Notes under the pieces: model-generated | The model's database searches: none | Told to the model about the DNA's origin: nothing | What the model saw: only the letters and a program-made list of their open reading frames with translations | Assembly (NCBI GenBank): GCA_023667185.1 | Contig: JAMPAP010000002.1 | Location: 150,978-214,977, forward strand | DNA length: 64,000 nucleotides | Direction: 5' to 3' | From: Lachnoclostridium sp. | GTDB lineage: Bacteria; Bacteroidota; Bacteroidia; Bacteroidales; Muribaculaceae | Shown: positions 42,831-52,117 of the stretch, piece after piece | How positions within the stretch are numbered: position 1 is the stretch's first letter | Layout of the letters: the number at the start of each line of letters is the position of its first letter | Made by a program: the position numbers and the translations under genes

Positions 42831-45623
42831 TCAGCGCACCGTCACTTTTGAGGCATGGCCGGCTGCGGTGACTATGTAGACGCCTGCGGGAAGCGATGAT
42901 GTGCCAACTTTCACGCCCGAAGTGGTGTAGACGTTGACATCGGCCGGGTCGCATCCCTCGACGTAGATTGAGCCGTCAACTGCATAGATGGCGGGGGTGG
43001 TTACGAAGTCAGATGCAATTTCGTCGATGCCTGACACGTTGGTGGTGGCATATACGGCATACGCGCCTGCATCAAGAGTGACTGAGGTGGCGTTGACCTG
43101 CGGAGTGACGCCGTAGCTTGCCGATACCAGATGGTAGGCCGAGGATGAAAGATCCACCGAAACTTCGAATTTCAATCCGGCACTGACGCGCGGGTTGACA
43201 AACAGGTACAGCTCCTTGTTGCCGTTCTTGAGGGTCAGTGTGCGACCTGTATCCCAGCCTGAGAAGTTGACGTCAGTTGATGAGGCTTGGCTGAACAGCT
43301 CGGGCGAGTTGGCGCGGATGCCGAGCAGCTCGGAGTAAGACTCTTTAAGGCCTGCGCGGTCAGGATCGTCGAGGTAGCTCCATACCATCTTCTTGGGATC
43401 GGTATTGTTGCCGCCGTCGGAGTTTTTGGTAGTCTGGTCAGCGCCAAACTCCTGGAACTGCCATATCATGTGTGCGCCGGGCGAAAGAATCATCTGTGCG
43501 GCCACTGAGCCGAGGCGGCGCATCGACATCGGCACATTGTTGCGCACGCCCGCAGCCCCGTAGATGCGCTGCTTGTAAGCCATGCGCTCCTCGTCGTGGC
43601 TCTCGGCGTAGCTTACGGTTGAGCCCCATGTGCGGCTGTCATCGGGCGCGTAGAAGCGGTTGAGATCAGAGTCGTCACTGTAGCCCATGGCAAACTGGCA
43701 GGAAGCATTGTTGATGTTGGCCCAGTTTATTTCACCATCGGTAGCCATCTCGTTCTCTTCTTGAGCTGTAGCGAGGTTCTCGTTGATGAAATATGCATCA
43801 GGGCTGATCTCGCGCATTGCATCGTGAAGCACCTTCATGCGGGCTACGCGGGTAGCGTTGTAGCGGTTAGTATTAGCATCGGAGGGAGTGCCCCAGGTGT
43901 TGGTGGAGGCATTGTAAGTGTTGCCGTAGCTTGAATTGTCGCCGAGACCCTTCACGAGGTCAAAGCGGAAGCCGTCAGCCTTATATTCGCTGAGCCAGTA
44001 TTTGAGACAGTCGTGCCACTGCTGCTGCACAAGGTCGCAGTCCTGACTCCAGTCGTTGAGTACGCTGTAGGCGTGGGGCGACGAGGCGTTGTAGAAGTAG
44101 TTGACATTCGAGGGGTAGAGCTGATACCACGGATGGAGGCCGTCGCTCTGGTTGAACACGATGTCGAGAATCACGGCCATGCCGCGGGCGTGACACTCGT
44201 CGATGAGGCGGCGGTAGTCGGCAGGGGTGCCGTAAGCCTTGTCAGGTGCAAAGTAGAAATTAGTGTTGTAGCCCCACGAATTGTTGCCGTTAAACTCCAT
44301 GATGGGCATGAACTCCACAGCATTCACGCCGAGGCTCTTGATATAGTCGAGTTTCGACAATACACCGGCGATGGTGCCCTCGCCGTTACGTTCTCCCTCA
44401 GTGCCGGTGAAGTCGCGGATAAGGAGCTCGTAGATAAGCAGGTCGCTCTGGTCAACCCCTTTGAACGATTTGACTTTCCAGTCGTAAGCCTCGCGTGAGG
44501 GATTGTAGATGGCCAGGGGCACATTCTGCACCTTGTCAGAAGGATAGGCGGGCAGGTCAGGGAACACTGTCGAGGGTATCCATTTATCGTTTGACGGGTC
44601 AAGCACCAGGCGGGCATACGGGTCGCCGATGGGCGTTACACCGTCGGCAAGGAAGTAATAGAGATTGTCCTTGGTCTTGTCGATGCCGCTGATGGTGGTC
44701 CAGAAGTAGTTGAAGCCGTTTACCTTTTGGCATTTCATCACGCAGTCGTCAGTGACACTGTAGCCGGTCCACGACGGCACGAGAAGCATCGACGAGGTGG
44801 CATCGAGAGTAGCGATGCAGAAAGTCACCGAGCCGTCAGCATTCTCTACGGGGCCCATCTTGGGGATGCCGCCGGGATAGGTCTGCTCGTCTGACTGGTC
44901 CACGCGGGTTATCGTGAGCGTGGCTGTTTCGGTCTCGGTTCCGGTGGTAGCCTTGGCGATAATGGTATAAGTGCCGGCCTGGGTGAATGCTTGGGAATGA
45001 GTGAGCGAAGTCACGCCGGAGGCCGATGCTACCGGAGCTGACCCCATTGAGCCGACATACAGGGAGATATCGGCATCAGAGGTCGTCGAGGCGGTAAACG
45101 TCACCGGTGAGTCATCGCGTACTATATTATTTGTGGCGTTGGTGGTCAGGGTAAGATGGAAACCGGCCTGCACCACATCCACGAAAATGTCAGAATTCCC
45201 TGCGCCTTTTCCTTCGAGCGTACCGTTGGCGTTACGGAATACGAAGGCGAGCTTCTCTACCACAACGTTAGGGTCAGTGATGCCGTAGAAGCTGTTGATC
45301 GATGGGATCGTGAGCGACCAGGTGTTTTCGGCCACCCATGTCATGCGGTATTTGGGGAGGTTAGTGCTCCAGTTGGTGGCATACTGCCAGTCAGACTGGC
45401 TTGTGGAAGTCGACGTGATCACACCGGTATGAGCATAGATCTCGGCCGTCGACGGCTGACCCATCAGCCCTTTGGAGCCCTGGTCGGCGTGAAAAGTAAT
45501 CACAATGTCAGTGGAATTTGTCTGCACGATTTGCGGGACAGTGGTCACCACCTGAGCCACAGCAGTTGAAACGCTGAAAAGAGATGCTACCGCGAGAAGC
45601 ATCAGAGTGTAGAATTTTTTCAT
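42831..45623 (-). CDS. GH13 alpha-amylase-family glycoside hydrolase with a signal peptide and a T9SS-type C-terminal sorting domain
   Basis: GH13 regions GMAVILDIVFNQ, GFRFDLVKGL and YAESHDEERM. The C-terminal roughly 80 aa end in LPAGVYIVTAAGHASKVTVR, typical of Por/T9SS tails. Confidence 0.8.
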   Translation of the reverse strand: MKKFYTLMLLAVASLFSVSTAVAQVVTTVPQIVQTNSTDIVITFHADQGSKGLMGQPSTAEIYAHTGVITSTSTSQSDWQYATNWSTNLPKYRMTWVAENTWSLTIPSINSFYGITDPNVVVEKLAFVFRNANGTLEGKGAGNSDIFVDVVQAGFHLTLTTNATNNIVRDDSPVTFTASTTSDADISLYVGSMGSAPVASASGVTSLTHSQAFTQAGTYTIIAKATTGTETETATLTITRVDQSDEQTYPGGIPKMGPVENADGSVTFCIATLDATSSMLLVPSWTGYSVTDDCVMKCQKVNGFNYFWTTISGIDKTKDNLYYFLADGVTPIGDPYARLVLDPSNDKWIPSTVFPDLPAYPSDKVQNVPLAIYNPSREAYDWKVKSFKGVDQSDLLIYELLIRDFTGTEGERNGEGTIAGVLSKLDYIKSLGVNAVEFMPIMEFNGNNSWGYNTNFYFAPDKAYGTPADYRRLIDECHARGMAVILDIVFNQSDGLHPWYQLYPSNVNYFYNASSPHAYSVLNDWSQDCDLVQQQWHDCLKYWLSEYKADGFRFDLVKGLGDNSSYGNTYNASTNTWGTPSDANTNRYNATRVARMKVLHDAMREISPDAYFINENLATAQEENEMATDGEINWANINNASCQFAMGYSDDSDLNRFYAPDDSRTWGSTVSYAESHDEERMAYKQRIYGAAGVRNNVPMSMRRLGSVAAQMILSPGAHMIWQFQEFGADQTTKNSDGGNNTDPKKMVWSYLDDPDRAGLKESYSELLGIRANSPELFSQASSTDVNFSGWDTGRTLTLKNGNKELYLFVNPRVSAGLKFEVSVDLSSSAYHLVSASYGVTPQVNATSVTLDAGAYAVYATTNVSGIDEIASDFVTTPAIYAVDGSIYVEGCDPADVNVYTTSGVKVGTSSLPAGVYIVTAAGHASKVTVR

Positions 45624-45715
45624 GTTATGTAGGTATAGTATGTATCTCTAAATGCAAAGATAATGTAAAAACGTTTTAGCCTATGACCATTGTTGACACC
45701 CGCCCTCGGCTTTAA

Positions 45716-45762
45716 CAAAAAATAACAAAAAGCCGGAGAGCAGCGATTGCTGCGCTCCGGCT
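45716..45762 (-). terminator. Rho-independent terminator of the lipoprotein gene
   Basis: On the minus strand, a 14-bp stem (agccggagcgcagc / gctgctctccggct, 13 of 14 paired, loop aatc) is followed by ttttgttatttttt. Confidence 0.65.
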
Positions 45763-45781
45763 GTATAGGGGGATTAAGGGC

Positions 45782-46576
45782 TTACTTCCAGCTGAAAGTC
45801 ATGGCATCGTATTCGTAGTCACCTTCCCAGAACTTGGTGGGGAGACCGTTGGCGTTGAATTCCCAGTTGAAGGTTTCAGAGCCGGTGTAGGTAGAGCCAC
45901 CCTCTTTCTCTACATAAGAGTAGCCCATGGGGAGGTTCTTGGTGGCTTTGCCGAGAAGGCCTGCATAGTAAGCAACACCCATCTCGTCCATGTCAATATT
46001 GAAGAATGAGTCGAAGTCCATTACGCCACCCTTATTGGCAACGGCGGTAGTGTATTTGCTGTTGGTGTAAACGAAGGTGTATTCTTCGTAATCACCATCT
46101 TCTTCAACCTCTTTTGTTGTAGCGATGTCACCGTTAGAGTAGGTGATAGTGACTGTAGATTCGTTTTCGCTGCGATAAAGTTTGGTGAGTTGGCCGTCAG
46201 AGTTGTAATCGAATTCCCATGTTTCAGAATCCTCTAATTGGTCGCCATCATAATAATATTCTTCAGCATATTTCACGAAACCCTGGCCGTTGAGCTGCAT
46301 ATAGAATTCATCGCGGTCGTCAGAGCCTTTTTCAGTGATGGTCATGAGCACCTGGAAAGTGTTGGCGCGGCTGAATGAGCCATATTGGAAAGTTGCGGTG
46401 TTGTACTGGTTAGAGATTTCCACTACCTGACCGGCAGCATTGGTTTTGATGGTTGCACCGTCGATTGAGGGCAGACCTTCAGGAAGTACATCCTCGATGC
46501 CCACTACCGGGGGATTCTTGTCGTCATCATCGTCAGAGCATGATGTGAATGTGAATGCGCAGCAGGCTGCGAGCAT
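45782..46576 (-). CDS. Lipoprotein of unknown function with an unusually short signal peptide
   Basis: The N-terminus is MLAACCAFTFTSCSDDDDD: a lipobox is present but there is no basic n-region. No alternative in-frame start lies upstream. Confidence 0.6.
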   Translation of the reverse strand: MLAACCAFTFTSCSDDDDDKNPPVVGIEDVLPEGLPSIDGATIKTNAAGQVVEISNQYNTATFQYGSFSRANTFQVLMTITEKGSDDRDEFYMQLNGQGFVKYAEEYYYDGDQLEDSETWEFDYNSDGQLTKLYRSENESTVTITYSNGDIATTKEVEEDGDYEEYTFVYTNSKYTTAVANKGGVMDFDSFFNIDMDEMGVAYYAGLLGKATKNLPMGYSYVEKEGGSTYTGSETFNWEFNANGLPTKFWEGDYEYDAMTFSWK

Positions 46577-46591
46577 TGCGGGCGCAAATTT

Positions 46592-46648
46592 AGTGACGAT
46601 TAAAAAATAACATGGTAAACTTTTCTATGTTATTTATGAATCTTCACT
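46592..46648 (-). repeat. Palindromic intergenic repeat, copy A (57 nt, inverted relative to copies B-D)
   Basis: The reverse complement is agtgaagattcataaataacatagaaaagtttaccatgttattttttaatcgtcact, matching copy D at 55 of 57 positions. Confidence 0.9.
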
Positions 46649-46693
46649 TTTTCCAAACAATCATTTAGCTCGCTAAACTCATGCTTGTTCAAA

Positions 46694-46754
46694 AGTAAAT
46701 CTTCAAAAAATAACATTGACGAAAATTTTACCAAGTTATTTTTTAATCGTCACT
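46694..46754 (+). repeat. Palindromic intergenic repeat, copy B (61 nt, left arm diverged)
   Basis: agtaaatcttcaaaaaataacattgacgaaaattttaccaagttattttttaatcgtcact. The right arm is identical to copy D. Confidence 0.8.
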
Positions 46755-46861
46755 TAAGAAATTTGTTCATAGTGTTTTATTTGTCCACGTGCCCCTGGTT
46801 CGTGGTCGTTGCAAGAGTTTTATTGGATTAAACGGCAGCGGGGGCAGCCGCTGTTTCGGTT

Positions 46862-46918
46862 AGTGATGATTCACAAATAAAATAGAAAAGTTTACCATGT
46901 TATTTTTTAATCGTCACT
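46862..46918 (+). repeat. Palindromic intergenic repeat, copy C (57 nt), abutting the prfB stop codon
   Basis: agtgatgattcacaaataaaatagaaaagtttaccatgttattttttaatcgtcact, matching copy A (reverse complement) at 54 of 57 positions. Confidence 0.9.
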
Positions 46919-48037
46919 TAGTTTTCTTCTTCGCCGGCAAACTGCATCAGGTAGCTCTTGATGAAGCCGTCAAGGTCGCCGTCCATCACACCGTTGACGT
47001 CAGAGGTCTGGTAGCCGGTGCGGTGATCCTTGACGCGGCGGTCGTCAAATACGTAAGAGCGTATCTGCGAGCCCCATTCGATCTTCATCTTTCCGGCCTC
47101 CACCTTGGCTTGCTCCTGCAGACGGTGTTGCAGCTCCTTGTCGTAGAGTATGGAGCGGAGTTGGCGCAGGGCGTTCTCCTTGTTTTTGGGCTGGTCACGG
47201 GTTTCGGTGTTTTCGATAAGGATCTCCTCGTGCTCGCCGGTGTAGGGGTCAGTGAACTGGTAGCGCAGTCGCACGCCTGACTCCACCTTGTTGACGTTCT
47301 GGCCGCCGGCACCACCCGAGCGGAAGGTGTCCCACGACAGGAGCGCGGGCTCCACTTTCACCTCGATGGTATCGTCGACGAGCGGCGTCACAAACACTGA
47401 TGCAAACGAGGTCATGCGCTTGCCCTGAGCATTGTAAGGCGACACGCGCACCAGACGGTGCACACCATTTTCGCTCTTGAGGTAACCGTAGGCAAAGTCG
47501 CCCTCGATGTTGATGGTGCATGACTTGATGCCGGCCTCGTCGCCGTCAAGAATGTTGGCAATCGATGTCTTATAGTTGTGAGCTTCAGCCCAGCGCAGAT
47601 ACATACGCATGAGCATTGATGCCCAGTCCTGACTCTCGGTGCCGCCGGCGCCGGAGTTGATCTTCAGCACCACGCCGAGCTTGTCCTCCTCGCGGCGCAG
47701 CATATTGCGCAGCTCGAGGGCTTCGATTTTCTCCAGGGTGTTGGCATAGATGCTGTCGAGCTCAGCCTCTTCCACGAGACCCTCCTTCAGGAAGTCCCAT
47801 GCGAGCTGCAGCTCCTCGGTGAGCTTGTCAATCTCCTCGTAGCCCTCTATCCAAGCCTGAAGATCTTTTATCTTCTTCATCTGCACCTGTGCCTCCTTGG
47901 GGTGCTCCCAGAAGTCGGGCACATGGGTGCGGAGCTCTTCTTCTTCTACTTGTATTTTCTTGCTATCGATGTCAAAGATACCTCCTCAGCGCCAGCTTGC
48001 GCTCAAAAGTCTCTTTTAATTGTTCCTGTGTAATCAT
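46918..48037 (-). CDS. prfB: Peptide chain release factor 2, requiring a programmed +1 ribosomal frameshift (frame 0: 48037..47975; frame +1: 47973..46918)
   Basis: Upstream frame: ATG ATT ACA ... GCG CTG AGG AGG TAT CTT TGA C (MITQEQLKETFERKLALRRYL-stop). After skipping one T, the +1 frame reads DIDSKKIQVEEEELRTHVPDFWEH and joins ORF 46918..47922. The joined length is about 372 aa. The SPF-region and GGQ motifs (RSGGAGGQNVNKVES) are present. Confidence 0.92.
47971..47986 (-). promoter_or_regulatory. prfB +1 frameshift site: SD-like AGGAGG, spacer TAT, slippery CTT, in-frame TGA, then C
   Basis: The minus strand reads AGGAGGTATCTTTGAC, nearly identical to the classical E. coli prfB site (AGGGGGTATCTTTGAC). 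Confidence 0.9.
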
Positions 48038-48095
48038 TAGAATCAGTTTTCGGTTGAAAATTTCGGCAAAATTACTAAATATTAACCACAAAATA

Positions 48096-48126
48096 TTGAC
48101 AACGCCTGTTAAAATGACTAATTTTG
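48096..48126 (+). promoter_or_regulatory. Candidate promoter of ftsX (TTG, 20 nt, TAATTTTG)
   Basis: TAnnTTTG match at 48119..48126. The TTG start in the ORF track (48124) lies inside this box, which favours the ATG at 48163. Confidence 0.4.
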
Positions 48127-48162
48127 CAAAAATTTTTCCTTGAAACGCGTTCGAGGCCAGTT

Positions 48163-49038
48163 ATGGGCACTAAAAAACGACATAATATCATACCACTGTT
48201 CAGCACCCGCGTCACGGCCACCATATCAGTAGCCATGGTGCTATTGCTCGTAGGCCTTGCTGCGTTCATAGGTGTGGCTGCCCATAACGTCGAGAATATC
48301 ATCCGCGAGAATACCGGCTTCACCATCGTCCTTGCTGACAATCTGACGGCATCGCAGACCGACGCTCTCCGCCATAAGCTCGATGCCCATCCCGCCGTGG
48401 CTCGCGTGGTCTACAATTCGCCTGATGCCACCCTTGAGCGATGGAAGGACATGATGGGCGATGATATTGAGGCTCTTGCTGGATTGAACCCGTTCGCCCC
48501 TGAGTTTGAGGTCAATGTCAAGGCTGCCTACGCTCATCCTGACTCGATAGCCGCTGTCGTGGAGCAGTTTGAAGATATGCCTGAGGTGGATGATATTGCC
48601 GTTGTCAACAATATCACTTCCGAGATTTCAAGCCTCTTTGACAGCCTGGAGCTTATCCTGATAATCATAGCCGCGGCGCTCCTGCTGGTATCGCTCGTGC
48701 TGATATCCAACACCGTGCGTCTGGCCGTCTATTCCCGCCGCTTTGCCATTCATACGATGAAGCTCGTAGGAGCCACGCCGGGCTTTATCCGCCGCCCCTT
48801 CCTGACTTCCAATATGGTCAACGGCCTCATAGCAGGATTAGCTGCTGCACTGATTCTCAGTGGTATTCTATATTATCTCTATACACTTGAGCCCCAAATC
48901 GACGAGATAATTACTCCGGTGGCCACCGCCGTGATTCTCGGAGCGATAGTAGTGGCCGGAGTGCTGATATGCCTTGTAACTTCGGCTTTTGCCACTAACA
49001 AATACATCCGTCAAAACTACGACGATATGTTCAAATAA
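48163..49038 (+). CDS. ftsX: Cell-division permease-like protein FtsX
   Basis: It has an N-terminal TM, a periplasmic domain of about 100 aa and three C-terminal TM segments of the FtsX type (LVGATPGFIRRPF). It is followed by DUF3098-uppP-truB-queA, as in other Bacteroidales. The start is revised to ATG 48163. Confidence 0.82.
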   Translation: MGTKKRHNIIPLFSTRVTATISVAMVLLLVGLAAFIGVAAHNVENIIRENTGFTIVLADNLTASQTDALRHKLDAHPAVARVVYNSPDATLERWKDMMGDDIEALAGLNPFAPEFEVNVKAAYAHPDSIAAVVEQFEDMPEVDDIAVVNNITSEISSLFDSLELILIIIAAALLLVSLVLISNTVRLAVYSRRFAIHTMKLVGATPGFIRRPFLTSNMVNGLIAGLAAALILSGILYYLYTLEPQIDEIITPVATAVILGAIVVAGVLICLVTSAFATNKYIRQNYDDMFK

Positions 49039-49046
49039 TAATTCCC

Positions 49047-49388
49047 ATGACCCGACCCACTTCAACTAAAAAAGACAACACAGATATACTCATCAAAGAG
49101 GAATCAAAAGATATGCCTCTCACCGGTAAAAATTTCAAGCTCATGGCTGTAGCCGGACTGACCATTATCATCGGCTTCCTGCTGATGGCCGGTGGCTCAA
49201 CTACCGTTGATAATTTCAACCCCGACATTTTTTCCACACGCCGCATCATCGTCGGTCCCACGGTGGCATTCCTCGGCTTCATTTTCATGGGTGTGGCTAT
49301 AATGTGGAGCGGCCGCAAGAAAAATACGATAGCCGAAAAAACTGAAAAGCCGGCCGAGTCAGCTGACGAATCTACATCGAAAATCTGA
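49047..49388 (+). CDS. Small 2-TM membrane protein (DUF3098-like)
   Basis: FKLMAVAGLTIIIGFLLMAG and IVGPTVAFLGFIFMGVAIM. The position after ftsX is conserved in Bacteroidetes; the family name is from memory. Confidence 0.65.
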   Translation: MTRPTSTKKDNTDILIKEESKDMPLTGKNFKLMAVAGLTIIIGFLLMAGGSTTVDNFNPDIFSTRRIIVGPTVAFLGFIFMGVAIMWSGRKKNTIAEKTEKPAESADESTSKI

Positions 49389-49405
49389 TTATAATCATCA
49401 CATAA

Positions 49406-50224
49406 ATGGATTGGTTAGACGCCCTTATTCTCGGTATAGTCCAGGGACTTGCCGAATATCTTCCCATCAGTTCTAGCGGACATCTGGAGATTTTCCGCGA
49501 AATCCTTCATCTTGACCTCTCGGGAGCCGATGCTCTCGAGTTTGATGTCACGCTTCATGTGGCCACCGTATTGAGTACCATCGTGGTGCTCTGGAGCGAG
49601 TTTGTGCCGCTGTGCAAATCATTCTTCACCATCGCGCGTGACGACAAGTTTTTCTACGTCTGCAAGATTCTCCTGTCATGTATCCCTGTGGCTATCGTAG
49701 GCTTATGTTTCAAGGATGTTGTGGAGTCGTTTTTTGGAAATGGATTGACCGTGGTAGGTTGCTGCCTGCTTGTCACTGCCCTGCTTCTGAGCTTCGCTTA
49801 CTTTTTCCGTAACCCCGAGCGCGAGAAGACCGAGCATTTCAAAGGTCACGACATTACTTGGCTTGACGCCTTCATCATCGGATGCGCCCAGGCCGTAGCC
49901 GTGCTTCCGGGTCTCAGCCGCTCAGGTACGACAATTGCCACCGGACTCCTGCTGGGCGACCGCCGCGACCGCATCGCTCAGTTCTCATTCTTCATGGTGG
50001 TAATCCCTATTCTCGGCGAGGCTCTTCTTGATGTCAAGGATATGCTTGGCGGAGAGGCCGTGGGTCAGTCAGTAGGTACGCTGCCTCTGGTGATCGGCTT
50101 TTTGGCCTCATTCATTGTAGGCTGTCTGGCATGCAAGTGGATGATTAGTATTGTCAAAAAAGGTAAATTAATCTGGTTTGCACTCTACTGCCTTGTAGTG
50201 GGCATCCTGTGTCTTTGCTGGTAA
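49406..50224 (+). CDS. uppP: Undecaprenyl-diphosphate phosphatase
   Basis: GIVQGLAEYLPISSSGHL and PGLSRSGTTIATGLLLG motifs; polytopic membrane protein. Confidence 0.92.
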   Translation: MDWLDALILGIVQGLAEYLPISSSGHLEIFREILHLDLSGADALEFDVTLHVATVLSTIVVLWSEFVPLCKSFFTIARDDKFFYVCKILLSCIPVAIVGLCFKDVVESFFGNGLTVVGCCLLVTALLLSFAYFFRNPEREKTEHFKGHDITWLDAFIIGCAQAVAVLPGLSRSGTTIATGLLLGDRRDRIAQFSFFMVVIPILGEALLDVKDMLGGEAVGQSVGTLPLVIGFLASFIVGCLACKWMISIVKKGKLIWFALYCLVVGILCLCW

Positions 50225-50280
50225 GTGAAGATTCATAAATAACATAGAAAAGATTACCAAGTTATTTTTTAATCGTCACT
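50224..50280 (+). repeat. Palindromic intergenic repeat, copy D (57 nt), filling the entire uppP-truB spacer
   Basis: agtgaagattcataaataacatagaaaagattaccaagttattttttaatcgtcact. It starts at the last base of the uppP stop and ends 2 nt before the truB ATG. Confidence 0.9.
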
Positions 50281-50282
50281 AA

Positions 50283-51011
50283 ATGAATTTCATCGAAGGA
50301 GAGATACTGCATATTGACAAGCCATTAGGCTGGACTTCGTTTGACGTGGTGAAGCGTCTGCGGGGTGTGATACTCCACCGCCTCCACCGCAAGAAGTTCA
50401 AGGTGGGTCACGCCGGTACGCTCGATCCTCTCGCCTCAGGGGTGATGATCGTGGTCACCGGGCGCGCCACCAAGCTCATAGAGCAGCTTCAGGCCGGGGT
50501 GAAGGAATATTTGGCCACGCTGAAACTCGGCGCTACCACTCCATCTCACGACCTTGAGACTGAAATCGATGCCACTTTCCCCACTGAGCATATCACCCGC
50601 CGTCTTATCGACGAGGTCATTCCCCGCTTTACGGGCGAAATCGAGCAGATCCCCCCGGCATTCTCGGCCTGCAAGGTCGACGGCCGCAGGGCTTACGATA
50701 TGGCCCGAAAAGGCCGCGAGGTGAATCTGAAGCCCAAGACCCTTGTAATTGACGAAATCGAGGTGCTCGACTTCAACCCTGACACCATGGAGCTTACCCT
50801 CCGCATCGTATGCAGCAAAGGCACCTACATCCGCGCTCTTGCCCGCGACATCGGCGAGGCGCTCGGCTCGGGCGCCCATTTGACGGCTCTGCGACGCACC
50901 CGGGTGGGTGAGGTAAATATCGCTGACTGCCTGAGCATCGACGCCGCCGTGGAGATGATACGCAACTGCACCCTCGAGATGCCTGAAGATCAAGAGCAGG
51001 ATGCTCAATAA
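50283..51011 (+). CDS. truB: tRNA pseudouridine(55) synthase
   Basis: KVGHAGTLDPLASGVMIV catalytic motif and IPPAFSACKVDGRRAY. Confidence 0.92.
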   Translation: MNFIEGEILHIDKPLGWTSFDVVKRLRGVILHRLHRKKFKVGHAGTLDPLASGVMIVVTGRATKLIEQLQAGVKEYLATLKLGATTPSHDLETEIDATFPTEHITRRLIDEVIPRFTGEIEQIPPAFSACKVDGRRAYDMARKGREVNLKPKTLVIDEIEVLDFNPDTMELTLRIVCSKGTYIRALARDIGEALGSGAHLTALRRTRVGEVNIADCLSIDAAVEMIRNCTLEMPEDQEQDAQ

Positions 51012-51062
51012 TACCGCATAAATTATAATCGTAAACAACATATATTTATATAAGTACTGTCT

Positions 51063-52112
51063 ATGAAGCTCTCACAATTCAAATTCCGCCTGCCTGAGGA
51101 ATTGATCGCCCAGTACCCGTCGGCCGAACGCGACGAAGCGCGCCTGATGGTGGTCAACCGCCACGACGGAACTATCGAGCATCGTATCTTTAAAGAAATT
51201 CTTAACTATTTTGACGATGGCGACCTGATGGTGTTTAACGACACCAAGGTGTTCCCGGCTCGCCTTGACGGTAACAAAGAGAAGACCGGAGCGCGCATCG
51301 AGGTGTTTCTCCTGCGCGAACTCAATGCCGAAAACAAGCTGTGGGATGTGCTCGTGGAGCCCGCCCGCAAGATCCGTATCGGCAACAAGCTTTACTTCGG
51401 CGATGATGAGTCAATGGTGGCCGAGGTGATTGACAACACTACCTCTCGCGGCCGCACTCTGCGATTCCTCTATGACGACCCTCACGATGAGTTCAAGAAG
51501 GCTCTCTTCGCCATGGGCACCACTCCGCTCCCTATGTATATCAACCGCCCTGCCACTGAGGAGGATGCCGAGCGTTACCAGACCATCTATGCCGAAAAGG
51601 AGGGTGCCGTGGTAGCCCCCGCAGCCGGCATGCATTTCTCTCGCGAGCTCATGAAACGCCTCGAAATCAAGGGCGTGAACCAGGGATTCATCACCATACA
51701 CAGCGGCCTTGGCAATTTTCGCGAAATAGATGTGGAGGATCTTACAAAGCATCGCATGGACGCCGAGGAGATGGTGGCTGACCAGAAGCTCGTCGACATG
51801 GTCAACGACACCAAGGATCGTGGCGGAAAGGTCTGTGCCGTAGGTACTTCAGTGCTCCGCGCTATCGCAAGTGCCGTAAGTGTAGGAGGTCACATGAAGA
51901 CATTCTCCGGGTGGACCAACAAGTTTATCTTCCCTCCTTACGACTTCACCGTCACTAATGCCCTCATCTCTAATTTCCACCTTCCTTACTCCACCATGCT
52001 CATGATGGTGGCTGCTTTCGGCGGATATAATCTGGTCATGAAGGCTTACGAGGAGGCTATTGCTGAAGGGTATAAGTTTGGCGCTTACGGCGACGCAATG
52101 CTGATAATCTGA
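51063..52112 (+). CDS. queA: S-adenosylmethionine:tRNA ribosyltransferase-isomerase
   Basis: [24 protein letters not shown] and [11 protein letters not shown], plus the C-terminal [13 protein letters not shown]. Confidence 0.93.
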   Translation: MKLSQFKFRLPEELIAQYPSAERDEARLMVVNRHDGTIEHRIFKEILNYFDDGDLMVFNDTKVFPARLDGNKEKTGARIEVFLLRELNAENKLWDVLVEPARKIRIGNKLYFGDDESMVAEVIDNTTSRGRTLRFLYDDPHDEFKKALFAMGTTPLPMYINRPATEEDAERYQTIYAEKEGAVVAPAAGMHFSRELMKRLEIKGVNQGFITIHSGLGNFREIDVEDLTKHRMDAEEMVADQKLVDMVNDTKDRGGKVCAVGTSVLRAIASAVSVGGHMKTFSGWTNKFIFPPYDFTVTNALISNFHLPYSTMLMMVAAFGGYNLVMKAYEEAIAEGYKFGAYGDAMLII

Positions 52113-52117
52113 CCCGC

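Noticed and set aside
46897-47280. 127-aa + strand ORF beginning MLFFNRH.
   Set aside because: Its start codon lies inside repeat copy C; the same ATGTTATTTTTTAATCGTCAC occurs in copy A. The rest of the ORF is antisense to prfB.
48124-48162. TTG start for ftsX given by the ORF track. The same issue affects the 5' extensions 60868..60987 (MazG-like) and 62682..62750 (DUF2752-like).
   Set aside because: The TTG lies inside the candidate -7 promoter box. The other two extensions overlap upstream genes in another frame and encode Arg-rich non-homologous sequence. The internal ATGs give canonical N-termini and ATGA/TGATG coupling.
46592-50280. The repeated 57-nt units could be a CRISPR array.
   Set aside because: Spacing is irregular (45, 107 and about 3300 nt). 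One copy is inverted, the units are themselves long palindromes, and no cas genes are present.
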